This document shows positions 1 through 10,339 of a stretch of DNA of 64,000 bases, in pieces. Source of the DNA: an uncultured Candidatus Saccharibacteria bacterium (lineage in GTDB: Bacteria > Patescibacteriota > Minisyncoccia > Phycocordibacterales > UBA6899). A program made the position numbers and the translations under genes. The stretch is from contig CAZERF010000002.1 in NCBI GenBank assembly GCA_964515375.1, forward strand, positions 29,164 to 93,163, in the 5' to 3' direction. Below the pieces are notes generated by a model that was not told the origin of the DNA, searched no databases, and worked only from the letters and a program-made list of their open reading frames with translations. Position 1 is the first letter of the stretch. Each line of letters begins with the position of its first letter.

Positions 1-912
1 CATCGACCCCTCCACAGCAAGTGCACGCACGTCGGCAACCCCCGGAAGATCGACAGTACGAACAAACGAAAGATCGCTTCGACGAAGCACAATGATCTCA
101 CGTGTATCCCCGTCGGTTCCCAGCACAAGATATTCTCCAACACTTGCAAGCGCAAAGACCCGCTCCGGAAATTCAGCGCGATGAAGAAGCGCGACGACAC
201 CATTACCCGCATCCGCAAGATCGAGCGCGGCGACCGAATTCCCGGACGATGAAAGTGCTGCGACAAAGAGCATGCCGTCCTTGTGAAAAAATGACGTTAC
301 CGTACCGTCTCCTGACGCATCGAATGTCGCGAGGGTGCGGTAGGTTGCCGTGTTTCCAAGGAGAGGAAGTCCGACCGCTCCGTCACCATCTGCAAACACC
401 GCGGTTCCATTGTGTCTCCCGGCAGAAAAGTCGGCATTTGTTGTCTGTGTCCATCGTGAACCCGAGAATTGATGAAGGAAAAATTCCGCGTCGAGTGATG
501 CCGCGGGAAGAAGCGGCCGCTCCCACCGCACCTCGATACGCACTCGGCGACGCCCTCCCTCCTCAGAAGTGATCGTCACAAAACGCATGAACCGCTCATT
601 TGAAACCGTGTCCGCAACAAGCGTCCATCCGGAATTCGTCGCGATCAAGCGATAAGTTCCGGGAAGAAGCGCTCCCGGATCAGTATCACGAAGTGTGCGC
701 AGAGCCGTTACCCCTTCACGGAGCGCGAGCACGGCATGGTACCGCAGAGTAGCATCAGCGGTCATAGTCATCCCGGAGATTCCCATCGTTCCAAGTGCCG
801 CAACGGAAAGCGTGAAGATCGCGATCGCAAGCAAGACCTCGATCAAACTCACTCCGCGTGTTGCGTTGTGTTTTCTTCTGACCGCATGCTGTTTCAAAAA
901 AGTATGCAACAT
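1..912 (-). CDS. Prepilin-type N-terminal protein (minor pilin-like), 3' end runs off the window
   Basis: Manual translation from ATG at 912 gives MLHTFLKQHAVRRKHNATRG-VSLIEVLLAIAIFTLSVAALG, a class III signal (G|xxxxE plus hydrophobic helix). It directly follows the pilin at 914-1390 and is not in the ORF track. Confidence 0.8.
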   Translation of the reverse strand, partial: MLHTFLKQHAVRRKHNATRGVSLIEVLLAIAIFTLSVAALGTMGISGMTMTADATLRYHAVLALREGVTALRTLRDTDPGALLPGTYRLIATNSGWTLVADTVSNERFMRFVTITSEEGGRRRVRIEVRWERPLLPAASLDAEFFLHQFSGSRWTQTTNADFSAGRHNGTAVFADGDGAVGLPLLGNTATYRTLATFDASGDGTVTSFFHKDGMLFVAALSSSGNSVAALDLADAGNGVVALLHRAEFPERVFALASVGEYLVLGTDGDTREIIVLRRSDLSFVRTVDLPGVADVRALAVEGSM

Positions 913-913
913 A

Positions 914-1390
914 TCATTCAACAACACTGACCGCTCCGAGCTCCCCGACGGCAACAACTCGCGTCACACCAAAAAGCGAGAGCGTGACGGTCCCCGTCGC
1001 GTTCACTACTCCGGAAAAATGCGCGAACACGAATTCCTCCGGGGAGGCGGTGATCACCCCCGACGCGGGGAGCGTGACGATCCGTTCACGTAACGAATCT
1101 CGTGTCTCATAAGAATCCCCAACAAAGGTCACATAGCGGTCGGAAAAGTAGCGCACGCCAAATGCAGTACCACCCCTTCCCGCTCGCGCTTCCGCGCTTG
1201 CACGACGCAGGTCAAGCACCATGTCCGTTGTCGCCTCGTCGACAACCTGTGTTTGATAGAAACGCAGACCGACAGGAAGTGTGAGCGAAAGCAGCATTGT
1301 CCCGATCGCGAGCACGACCAAAAGCTCGACAAGCGTGAAGCCGCGAGTACTGCGCGTGTATGCACCTGTGTATCCTTGTCCGATCATCAC
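914..1390 (-). CDS. Type IV pilin / pseudopilin
   Basis: RG|FTLVELLVVLAI prepilin cleavage/methylation motif; downstream of pilB-pilC. Confidence 0.9.
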   Translation of the reverse strand: MMIGQGYTGAYTRSTRGFTLVELLVVLAIGTMLLSLTLPVGLRFYQTQVVDEATTDMVLDLRRASAEARAGRGGTAFGVRYFSDRYVTFVGDSYETRDSLRERIVTLPASGVITASPEEFVFAHFSGVVNATGTVTLSLFGVTRVVAVGELGAVSVVE

Positions 1391-1431
1391 GCATCAGCCT
1401 TCAGTCCAAAGAACTCAGGGCTGGTGCGTGA

Positions 1432-2478
1432 CTATCGACGAACACCGGAGGTGAATTGGTAGATCGGCAAGATGATCGCGATCGCGATGAACGCGACCAG
1501 AAGTCCCATCACGAGAAGGAGGATCGGCTCGATCACCGTTGGGAGTCGCTTTGTCGCGGCGTGCACTTCCTTGCGATAATATTCGGTAATATAACCGAAC
1601 GATTCCTCGAGCGAGCCACTTCGCTCTCCGACGGCGATAATACTCGTCATATCGCGGGGGAAGAGTCGTGGGAACGCCTTGAGCCCGTCGGAGAGTGTGT
1701 TGCCACGCACAAGACGTTCTTCGATCTCGGCGAGTGCTTCCGAGTACCGAATGTTCGTCGCGCCGCGCGCGGCGATCGCACATGTCTCTTGTATCGAAAG
1801 TCCGCTCCGGAAAAGTGTCGCGAACAACTGCCCGATCAGTGTCAGCTGATATTGGCGCAACATGGTCCCCATGAATGGAATACGCAATGACACAGAATGA
1901 AAGAAACGACGTACCGCGCGAATCTTGTTGAGCGCGGAAAGTCCAAAAACAAGGACCACGGTCGCAAAAGCAAGAATGAGCCAATGTTCCGTCACAAGAT
2001 CCGTGACCCCCAAGAGCACGCGTGTCGGAAGCGGGAGTTCCCCCTGCATCTGGGTAAAGATAGGGAGAAGTCGCGGCAACACCAAAAGCGCGAGCGCTCC
2101 CGAGACACCGATGGTCGCAATAAAGACAATGAGCGGATAGAGCATCGCGCCGTGTACTTCGCGAGCGATGTCAGCGTTATGCTCAAGCCAATCGGAAAGG
2201 AAGCTTAAGTTCTCTTCAAGCGTGCCGGACGTTTCGCCCGCACGCACAACTGCAAGGGTCACCCCACCAAAGACGCGCGGATGCTTTTCCATCGCCTCAG
2301 AAAGCGCGACGCCGGATTCGATATCCTTCTCCACTGTCGCCAAGATCCGAGAAAAGCGCGCGGACGAAGATTGCGCGGAGAGCTCCGCGAGTGATTCATT
2401 GATCGTCATTCCGCTCCGCAACATAAGGGAGAGGTTCTTTGTGAAATGCACCAACTGTGCGCTCGAAATACCACCCAT
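1432..2478 (-). CDS. pilC: Type IV pilus platform protein (PilC/GspF family)
   Basis: Two T2SSF repeats (AGETSGTLEENL, VGERSGSLEESF), MLYP and IEP motifs, C-terminal TM helix. Confidence 0.92.
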   Translation of the reverse strand: MGGISSAQLVHFTKNLSLMLRSGMTINESLAELSAQSSSARFSRILATVEKDIESGVALSEAMEKHPRVFGGVTLAVVRAGETSGTLEENLSFLSDWLEHNADIAREVHGAMLYPLIVFIATIGVSGALALLVLPRLLPIFTQMQGELPLPTRVLLGVTDLVTEHWLILAFATVVLVFGLSALNKIRAVRRFFHSVSLRIPFMGTMLRQYQLTLIGQLFATLFRSGLSIQETCAIAARGATNIRYSEALAEIEERLVRGNTLSDGLKAFPRLFPRDMTSIIAVGERSGSLEESFGYITEYYRKEVHAATKRLPTVIEPILLLVMGLLVAFIAIAIILPIYQFTSGVRR

Positions 2479-2555
2479 GCCTCACAGTATACCGCGGAAA
2501 AGAGCGCGTGAGTAGCGCATCAAGAAGCATGACTGACAAAAAAAAGAGGGGGGGG

Positions 2556-4262
2556 TCAACTCTTCGTCGCACGAACGATCTCCTCGAGTGTCGTGAGTCC
2601 TTGGAGCACTTTCTCGATACCGTCCTCGAGCATGATCTTCATACCGCCCTTTTGCGCTTCTTTGGTGATCACGTCGGCGGTTGCGCGCGAGGCAATGAGC
2701 GCGCGAATCGCGTCGTTCACTTCCATGACCTCAAAGATACCAATGCGCCCGTGGTATCCCGTATCCTTACACAACTCACATCCGTTGCCTGCGCCACGAT
2801 ACAAGCGGATCTTCTTGAGATCCTTCTTCCCCGAATATTTCTTCATGAGTCGCGAGATCTCCGGTTCCGCCGCAAGCAGCGCGAGCTCATCCTCTTCGAG
2901 AAAATAGTTGGTGCGACAGCGCTCGCATACTCGTCGCGCGAGACGTTGCGCGACAATGACATTAACGGACGATGCGATCAAGAACGGCTCGATGTCCATC
3001 TCGATCAAGCGAGGAAAAGTGGTCGCCGCGTCGTTGGCATGCAAGGTCGAAAGCACGAGGTGTCCGGTCATGGCGGCGTTGATCGCGATCGACGCGGTCT
3101 CGTTATCGCGGATCTCACCGACCAGAATGATATCGGGGTCTTGTCGCACGATCGAACGTAGCCCCGTCGCAAAAGTGAGTTTCTTCTTTTCGTTCACTTG
3201 CGTTTGTTGAACGTGGTCGACAGCGTATTCCACCGGGTCCTCAATGGTCATGATGTTCACGTCGGGGGTATTCAATATCTGCAAGATCGCGTAGAGGGTA
3301 GTCGTCTTTCCCGCGCCGGTGGGACCGACCGAGAGGATCATTCCGTAGGGCTTGCGTGCCGCACGTTCGATTGTTTCGAGATCGGAAGGACCAAAGCCGA
3401 TCTCCGGGAGCGAAAAACGTTGTGACTGTTCCGCGAGAAGACGCATCACGACATTCTCTCCGTGCGTAACGGGGAGAATGGAGATACGCACATCAAAGGT
3501 CTCCGAGCGCTCACCGGGAGATGCCGGCTCGTCCGAAAAGCTGAAGCGTCCGTCCTGAGGAGTCGCATGGTCGTCAGTCCGCAAGCGAGACATGATCTTC
3601 AAGCGAAAGACAACCTTCTCGTGCAAAAAGACCGGGTACCGCGCGAGCTCATGCAAGACTCCATCGATACGAAAGCGCACCGACACATGTTCGGAAAGCG
3701 GCTCGAGATGGATGTCCGACGCACGACTTCCATGAGCGTATGCCAAGACCAAGCTCACAAAAGTGACCACATCCTCATCGCGAAAGACCGTCTTCAATTG
3801 CCCAAGTGTCTTCTCGATCCGCTCCCCAAAGCTCTTTCCGTACAAACGGAGCGTCGCACGCAGTGCCGAAGGGGTCACATAGTAAAGGAGCGCTTCCTTG
3901 TTGAAGCGACGCTTAATCATGTTGAAAAATTCGTAGTTGTTCGGATTGGTCGTCGCGCAGTGCACCCCCTCGTCGTCAACACGAAAGATCACGGTCTCTT
4001 GCGCGCGCGCCACGACCTCGGGAAGAAGCTCAAGCGTCTCCTTCGCGATCCGCTCATTCGAAAGATCAACAAAGCGCATCTGGAAAAGACTCGCGAGCAA
4101 CTGTCCCAAATGTTCATCCGTGATAAGTCCACTCTCGGGGAGGTAGTCGAGGAGAGGAACACCTTTCTCTGTCGCCGTCGCGACAACCTGATCGAATTCT
4201 TCGGCGGTCACCAGATTCATGCCAAGAAGAAAGGTCTTGATCTGTGTCGTTGAGATCTCCAT
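2556..4262 (-). CDS. pilB: Pilus assembly ATPase (PilB/GspE family)
   Basis: ASDIHLEP, RFRIDGVL, Walker A GPTGAGKTT, TIEDPVEY, RQDPDIILVGEIRD, tetracysteine motif. Confidence 0.93.
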   Translation of the reverse strand: MEISTTQIKTFLLGMNLVTAEEFDQVVATATEKGVPLLDYLPESGLITDEHLGQLLASLFQMRFVDLSNERIAKETLELLPEVVARAQETVIFRVDDEGVHCATTNPNNYEFFNMIKRRFNKEALLYYVTPSALRATLRLYGKSFGERIEKTLGQLKTVFRDEDVVTFVSLVLAYAHGSRASDIHLEPLSEHVSVRFRIDGVLHELARYPVFLHEKVVFRLKIMSRLRTDDHATPQDGRFSFSDEPASPGERSETFDVRISILPVTHGENVVMRLLAEQSQRFSLPEIGFGPSDLETIERAARKPYGMILSVGPTGAGKTTTLYAILQILNTPDVNIMTIEDPVEYAVDHVQQTQVNEKKKLTFATGLRSIVRQDPDIILVGEIRDNETASIAINAAMTGHLVLSTLHANDAATTFPRLIEMDIEPFLIASSVNVIVAQRLARRVCERCRTNYFLEEDELALLAAEPEISRLMKKYSGKKDLKKIRLYRGAGNGCELCKDTGYHGRIGIFEVMEVNDAIRALIASRATADVITKEAQKGGMKIMLEDGIEKVLQGLTTLEEIVRATKS

Positions 4263-4269
4263 AACTTAT

Positions 4270-4626
4270 TTAGAGGGCGCAAGCGGCTTGCACGACATCC
4301 TGGACCGTATGCCGACCCTTAAGAAAATATTCACGCGCGCCGAGCGCAAGCGCCTCTTCTTTATCGTGATCCTGGGAAAGGCTCGAGAAAACGATGACCT
4401 TTGTCTCACGGATCTCCGGGGTACGTTTCAGCTCGGCGAGGACCTCGAACCCATCCTTCTTTTGCAAGATAAGATCGAGAATGACAATGTCGGGTTTTGT
4501 CTTTTTTGCCAAAAGAAGACCCTCCTCACCGTCTTCCGCAAGGGCAACCTCGGCATTCACTTGCCGAAATTCGGACTCAAAAAGGGTCCGGAAAAACTTA
4601 TCGTCATCGATGACCAAGATATGCAT
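4270..4626 (-). CDS. Stand-alone response regulator receiver protein
   Basis: MHILVIDDD...PDIVILDLIL..KDGFEVL...FSSL...YFLKG CheY-like motifs; start set at 4626. Confidence 0.88.
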   Translation of the reverse strand: MHILVIDDDKFFRTLFESEFRQVNAEVALAEDGEEGLLLAKKTKPDIVILDLILQKKDGFEVLAELKRTPEIRETKVIVFSSLSQDHDKEEALALGAREYFLKGRHTVQDVVQAACAL

Positions 4627-4745
4627 ATGTTTTCCCATGATAGCAAAGAACGGGGAGATTTGCGACAATACTCACTTTTCAGCGAAAGTTCCTCAAGCCA
4701 GGAATAAAGGGTGACAAATCACCCCTCCTCGTCTACCATAGGGGC

Positions 4746-5865
4746 ATGTTCACACCAAAACACCTCCGTGAGTCTGTCGTGCGCTGGGCAAACCTTATGT
4801 TCGCGCGCTATCTGCGCTATGAACACCGCATCGCCACGGCGTTCTTTGCGGGAGGTTTTCTTGTCGATATTGTCATTTTCACCGCGATCGACATCACCCT
4901 CAAAAATATCATCATTGGCGGATACCTCACCCTTGCCGCGGGGAGCATCTTCCTCTTCCAAGACCTTGACCGTCGCGAAGAGACAAAGCGACGCGCGCTC
5001 ATCAAGGCGGCGCTTCCTTTCCTGATCCAATTCTCTTTCGGTGCGGCAATGAGCGGGCTCCTTGTCTACTATTTTCAAAGCGCCTCCCTTGCGACAAGCT
5101 GGCTTTTCCTCGGGATATTGTTTGGAATGATCGCGGGGAACGAATTTATCCGTTCCCGCTACGTGCGCCTCGAGTTCCAAATACTTGTGTGGTTCATGTG
5201 CCTCCTCGCGTTCATGGTCGTCCTCGTTCCCTCCCTCGCAGGAACGATAGGGAAGACGGTCTTTTTGACGAGTGTCGTTGCGGCATTCGGGATCGGGCTC
5301 GCTTCTTTTGCGCTTCTCGCCCGCATGACCAAGACCGTTGCCCTGCGTGAGCGAAAGTTCATCATGTTGGGCATGAGCGCGATCTCTCTGCTTTTGATTC
5401 TCTTGTATTTTGCGCGGATCATCCCCCCCTATTCCGCTTATCCTTGTGGAGCGAGCGATCGTGCACGACCTCGTGCGAACGACCGAGGGCGCCTATGTTG
5501 CGAGGATCGAACCGCGCTCATGGTGGGAGGAGCTCTTTCGTCTGACTCCGACCGAACATTTCAAAGAAGGGGAGCCTGTATACTTTTTTAGCGCCATCTC
5601 CGCCCCGACCGAACTCTCCGCACCTCTTGTGCACCAATGGCAATACAAGAGCAAGAAGAGAGGAGAATGGACAAACGACCTCCGGATCACTTTCCCAATT
5701 GTCGGTGGTCGCGACCTCGGTTACCGCGCCTATTCACAAAAATTTACCGCAACAGAAGGCGAGTGGCGCATATTGGTCACAACCAACGAAGGTCACACCC
5801 TCGGGATCCATCGCTTCAACATTACACACGGAACGCCTTCTGCTCTCACCGCGCTCACTCGCTGA
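4746..5865 (+). pseudogene. Multi-TM membrane protein with C-terminal DUF2914-like domain, split by a +1 frameshift
   Basis: ORF 4746-5591 (TM helices) continues in another frame as PPIPL...VYFFSAISAP..L...HQW...GGRDLGYRAYS..GEWRI. The junction is the C7 run at 5423-5429. Confidence 0.75.
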
Positions 5866-5939
5866 AACAAGAAAAATGGTCCAAAAAAAAGACCCGTCAC
5901 GTACGACGAGTCTTTAAATCTTTGAAAAGAGAGTGGGGA

Positions 5940-6947
5940 TCAATATGCAAAAGGATTGCGAGCACCGCGCACTTCAAAGTGCAGGTGCGGCCCCGTGGAG
6001 CGACCGGTGTTTCCCATAGTGCCGACCGCCTGACCCTGAAAGACTGATTCTCCGACGCCGACCGCGACACTCTGCAAATGCGCGTAAAGGGTTTGCGTGC
6101 CGTTACCATGCTTCACGACCACATAACTTCCGTATCCTCCGTTGTATCCGCCCGATCGCGCTACAATGACACTTCCTCCGGCCGAAGCCAAGACAGGAGC
6201 GCCGAGATACGAGGCCATGTCAACCGCATTATATCCGTGCAACTTCTGCGTACGGCGGTAATTCTGGAGAGGGGCAATGAAATACGCATCATCAATGGTC
6301 GTGGGCACGCTCGCAAGCTTCGAGGAAGCGGGCTTTTGCACAGGAACGACCGTCGCGATCTCTCCGTCGGGAATGATAACAACAGTACCAGGAACCAAGA
6401 TATCATTCTCAGCAAGACCGTTGAACGAGCGGATCTCCTCCTCATCCCCGCGATACTTCTTCGCAATACTCGAAAGAGTGTCCCCCTTCTTGACCTCATG
6501 CTGAACTCCGGAAACAGGAAGAATAAGGAGTGCCTGTCCGACCGTGATCTTTGCGCCGCGGGGGAGATCGTTGGCCCAAAGGATCGTATTGACGGACACT
6601 CCAAAGGTCTGGGCGATCCGAGAAAGCGAATCACCTTCCTTTACAATGTACAAGCTGATCTCGCCGTGATCGGAAGTTCCCTCAAGCTCGGCCGGTCCTC
6701 CGGAAGGACCAACATCGGGGAGAAGCGCGCTTCCCGCGACCGTATTTACCTCCGAGAGATGCGCCGGACCGGCTTCTCCGCTTGCCCCCACTGACGCGGT
6801 AAGGAGTGCGAGATTCTGGGAATTGACAGGGCGCACCTCAGTCGCCACTTTCACAAAGATGTCGCTAAAAAGCGAAAAAATGCTCGCATAGGCAAATGCG
6901 AGCGGTGCGACAAAGAACGCGAGTATGAAAAAGATGAACTTTCTCAT
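5940..6947 (-). CDS. LysM x2 + M23 family peptidase
   Basis: YIVKEGDSLSRIA and HEVKKGDTLSSIA LysM repeats; HGYNAVD, YAHL, STGPHLHFEV M23 motifs; signal-like start MRKFIFFIL. Confidence 0.92.
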   Translation of the reverse strand: MRKFIFFILAFFVAPLAFAYASIFSLFSDIFVKVATEVRPVNSQNLALLTASVGASGEAGPAHLSEVNTVAGSALLPDVGPSGGPAELEGTSDHGEISLYIVKEGDSLSRIAQTFGVSVNTILWANDLPRGAKITVGQALLILPVSGVQHEVKKGDTLSSIAKKYRGDEEEIRSFNGLAENDILVPGTVVIIPDGEIATVVPVQKPASSKLASVPTTIDDAYFIAPLQNYRRTQKLHGYNAVDMASYLGAPVLASAGGSVIVARSGGYNGGYGSYVVVKHGNGTQTLYAHLQSVAVGVGESVFQGQAVGTMGNTGRSTGPHLHFEVRGARNPFAY

Positions 6948-7182
6948 CGAAAAGACTTTCGCACGTTCACTATGTGTCCGCTCGAGGGATAATGTTCGAG
7001 TGGAGTCTGTATGCAAAGGTTGAATAGACATATGGAAACATTTCGTACAACCGTTCATCCGTCGGAGCAAGCTCCGTTCATCTGTGCAACCGTTTTCTTC
7101 CGTATGTTTTAATCATAGCGGAGTGACACCGCACGTCAACACCATTATGCACCGGGACACAAGATCGAGGAAACGAAAAACT

Positions 7183-7313
7183 GAAAAAATATGGCTTAAA
7201 ATATAGATATTTAGATAACCATTTTAAGGACATGTCAAAAATCGGCTTGACAGAGCCGTTTTTTCAAGCACTCGTGCACTATCCCCGTCACAGAAAAAAT
7301 ATGGCTTAAAATA
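7183..7313. repeat. 21-bp exact direct repeat GAAAAAATATGGCTTAAAATA (7183-7203, 7293-7313)
   Basis: Read directly; copies 110 bp apart in the divergent intergenic region. Confidence 0.85.
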
Positions 7314-7369
7314 GACCTATTTCATCGTTTTCAGAAAAGTTGCCGAATGATGCTACTATATAGCCTAAT

Positions 7370-9385
7370 ATGAATCCACTCGTAAACGGACTGAACGACG
7401 GACAAAAGGCCGCAGTGCTCGCAACCGAAGGCCCCGTACTTATCATTGCAGGTGCGGGAGCAGGGAAGACCAAAACATTGACCCACCGCATCGGCAACCT
7501 GATCGAAAAAGGCGTACCTCCGGAAGCGATCCTTGCGATCACCTTCACCAACAAGGCGGCAAAGGAGATGCGCGAACGTGTCTTTCGTCTGCTCGGCAAA
7601 GAGGGGCTCGCGACCGGAGGAGGGTGGGGAATGGCGCGGGGGGTACCCTTCATCGGCACCTTCCACGGACTCGGCATGGCGATCCTTCGCGAAAAAGGTG
7701 ACCGGATCGGGATTCCCAAAGGAGCGACGATCCTCGACGCGGACGATGCGGGAAAGCTCATCAAAAAGTCTATGGCGAAGGCGGGGATCGACCCCAAACA
7801 ATTCGAGCCCCGCAAGATGCAGTCCCTCATCTCTCGCCACAAAGGCAACATGGGGACCCCCGACGACATCGAAAAGATAACCCCCAACCGCTATCTCGGG
7901 CAGTCGCTCAAACGTGTCTTTGCCATCTACGAAGCGACGCTCCGCGAAACCAACGTGCTTGACTTCGACGATCTCCTGGCCAAGACCGTGACCCTCCTTG
8001 AGGGACACAAGGACATCCTCGCGTACTACACGACACGATGGCAATACGTCCACGTCGACGAATACCAAGACACCAACGAAGTGCAGTACCGCCTTGCGCG
8101 ACTCCTTGCGGGTGCAAAGAAGAACATTTGCGTTGTCGGCGACAGCGACCAAAACATCTATAGCTGGCGGGGCGCGTCGATCGCCAACATTCTCGAGTTC
8201 GAAGAAGATTACCCTGGCACACAGGTCATCCTCCTTGAACAGAATTATCGCTCCACGCAAAACATCCTCTCCGCTGCCAACAATGTCATCGCGAAGAATA
8301 CAATGCGTAAACCGAAGAATCTCTTCACCGCAAACGCCTCAGGAGAACCACTCTCACTCTTTGAATCCTACGACGAGACCGATGAAGCTCGCTACGTTGC
8401 AACAAAGATCGCGGCGCTCCTCGCACACGGCGTGCATCCCAAAGATATCGCGATCCTCTATCGCACGAACTTCCAATCCCGCGTACTCGAAGAAGCGCTC
8501 CTCTTTTCGGGTATTCCGTATCAAGTGCTCGGTACGCGCTTCTACGAACGCAAAGAAGTGAAAGACGTCATCGCGTATCTGCGCGCCGCGATGAACCCGC
8601 GCTCGGCGTTCGATCTCGAGCGGGTGATCAATGTCCCCGCTCGGGGAGTCGGGAAGGTCACTCTCGAGAAGATATTGAACGGTCAGCGTGATGCGCTCCC
8701 CGCCACAATGCGCGCCAAGGTCGACGCATTCTTTGCTCTCCTCGCACGCATCAAGGACGCGACCGAGACCATGAAGCCCTCCGCTCTTGTTTCCTTCATC
8801 ATCACCGAAACAGGGATCGAGAAGCGTCTCTCTGAAGGCGACGACGAAGACACGGAGCGTCTGGCCAACGTGCGCGAGCTCGTCACCGTCGCGATGCGCT
8901 ACGATGTCTTTCCCGATCAAGAAGGACTCATGCAGTTCCTCTCCGATGTCGCACTCGAATCCGACCAAGACAACATGAAAGAAAGCTCCGATGCCGTGCG
9001 GCTCATGACCATTCACGCCGCAAAAGGACTCGAGTTCGATCACGTCTTCATCACCGGAATGGAGCAAGATCTCTTCCCCTCGCGCCGCTCGCAAGACGAA
9101 AGCAAGGACATCTCCGAACGCGAAGAGGAACGTCGTCTCTTCTATGTCGCGCTCACCCGCGCCGCGCAAAAGGTCTTCCTCTCTTATGCGTCCTTCCGTA
9201 CGATCTTCGGGCAACGTCAAGTCAATCTTCCGAGTGAATTCCTCGCAGACATCGGCGACAATCTGCTCACGGTCGAGTCGCGCGATGGAAGTACGGGGAG
9301 AAGAGAAGAGAAACCGAAACGCAAGGTGAGTCTCCTTGGCTGGGACGAAGACTACGGCGACGGAGAGAGTATCTCCTATATATAG
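7370..9385 (+). CDS. pcrA: UvrD/PcrA superfamily I DNA helicase
   Basis: AGAGAGKT, TFTNKAA, VDEYQDTN, VGDSDQNIYSWRGA, LEQNYRS, MTIHAAKGLEF, EERRLFYVALTRA. Confidence 0.95.
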   Translation: MNPLVNGLNDGQKAAVLATEGPVLIIAGAGAGKTKTLTHRIGNLIEKGVPPEAILAITFTNKAAKEMRERVFRLLGKEGLATGGGWGMARGVPFIGTFHGLGMAILREKGDRIGIPKGATILDADDAGKLIKKSMAKAGIDPKQFEPRKMQSLISRHKGNMGTPDDIEKITPNRYLGQSLKRVFAIYEATLRETNVLDFDDLLAKTVTLLEGHKDILAYYTTRWQYVHVDEYQDTNEVQYRLARLLAGAKKNICVVGDSDQNIYSWRGASIANILEFEEDYPGTQVILLEQNYRSTQNILSAANNVIAKNTMRKPKNLFTANASGEPLSLFESYDETDEARYVATKIAALLAHGVHPKDIAILYRTNFQSRVLEEALLFSGIPYQVLGTRFYERKEVKDVIAYLRAAMNPRSAFDLERVINVPARGVGKVTLEKILNGQRDALPATMRAKVDAFFALLARIKDATETMKPSALVSFIITETGIEKRLSEGDDEDTERLANVRELVTVAMRYDVFPDQEGLMQFLSDVALESDQDNMKESSDAVRLMTIHAAKGLEFDHVFITGMEQDLFPSRRSQDESKDISEREEERRLFYVALTRAAQKVFLSYASFRTIFGQRQVNLPSEFLADIGDNLLTVESRDGSTGRREEKPKRKVSLLGWDEDYGDGESISYI

Positions 9386-9469
9386 AGCAAGGAGGGAGCG
9401 ATGGCCGAGAAGAACCGCACCCAAGCAAGCAGTTGCTTTTTTGCAACGCCATGGCATGCTGTGCATGAC

Positions 9470-10294
9470 ATGCAACGACTCCGCGCGAAAAAATCTCTCG
9501 GCCAACACTTCCTCCGTTCGACACAGGCAGTAAACGCGATCATCGACGCGGCGGTACTTTCAACCCAAGACACCGTGCTTGAGATCGGGCCCGGCGAAGG
9601 AGTGCTCACTGCGCGACTACTTGCGAAGGCGGGAAGAGTGATCGCGGTCGAAACCGACCTCCGCGCGATTTCCATTCTTAGCGAGCGATTCAAAGACGAG
9701 ATCAAAAAGGGAACACTCCTCTTGCTCCACGGCGATATCCGCGACACACCGACGCAAGAACGACTCTTTGCTCCCGATGCACTTGGCGCGCACTCCTACA
9801 AGCTCGTCGCCAACATTCCCTACTACATTACCGGCATGCTCTTCCGACTCTTTCTCGAGAAAGCACGGCAACCGGAATGCATCGTCTTTCTTGTGCAAAA
9901 GGAAGTTGCGGACGAGATCGTCGCACGCGACGGCAAAGAAGGTCTTCTCTCGCTTTCCGTCAAAGCATATGGAGCCCCGCGCATCGTGACCCGAGTCAAG
10001 CGCGAAGCGTTCACCCCTCCGCCCAAGGTCGACTCCGCGGTGATCGCGATCACCGACATCTCCCGCGCGCGCCTTGGTACACTCTCCGACACAGACTACT
10101 TTCGTGTTGTAAAAGCAGGACTCGCCGCCCGACGCAAAATGCTCCTTGGAAACCTCGCGGTCGGACTTCTACTTCCGCGCGAACATCTCCTCGCACTCTT
10201 CCGCAAACTCAAGATCCCGGAAGGGGTTCGTGGTGAAGACCTCCCCTCAAAGACATGGATCATGATCACAAAAACCTTATTCGAAGACAAATAA
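9470..10294 (+). CDS. rsmA: 16S rRNA adenine dimethyltransferase KsgA
   Basis: KKSLGQHFL, LEIGPGEGVLT, VANIPYYIT, VQKEVA, FTPPPKVDSAV. Confidence 0.95.
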   Translation: MQRLRAKKSLGQHFLRSTQAVNAIIDAAVLSTQDTVLEIGPGEGVLTARLLAKAGRVIAVETDLRAISILSERFKDEIKKGTLLLLHGDIRDTPTQERLFAPDALGAHSYKLVANIPYYITGMLFRLFLEKARQPECIVFLVQKEVADEIVARDGKEGLLSLSVKAYGAPRIVTRVKREAFTPPPKVDSAVIAITDISRARLGTLSDTDYFRVVKAGLAARRKMLLGNLAVGLLLPREHLLALFRKLKIPEGVRGEDLPSKTWIMITKTLFEDK

Positions 10295-10295
10295 A

Positions 10296-10321
10296 AAGAA
10301 CTCCACAAGGAGTTCTTTTCA
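10296..10321. terminator. Bidirectional intrinsic terminator
   Basis: AAAAGAACTCC-acaa-GGAGTTCTTTT between convergent genes. Confidence 0.75.
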
Positions 10322-10339
10322 CAAAATAAATAAAATTGA

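Noticed and set aside
7306-9508. Long antisense ORFs opposite pcrA (and similar ones opposite pilB, polA, PBP1A and 16008)
   Set aside because: They are shadows of biased codon usage in well-supported genes and carry no recognisable motifs.
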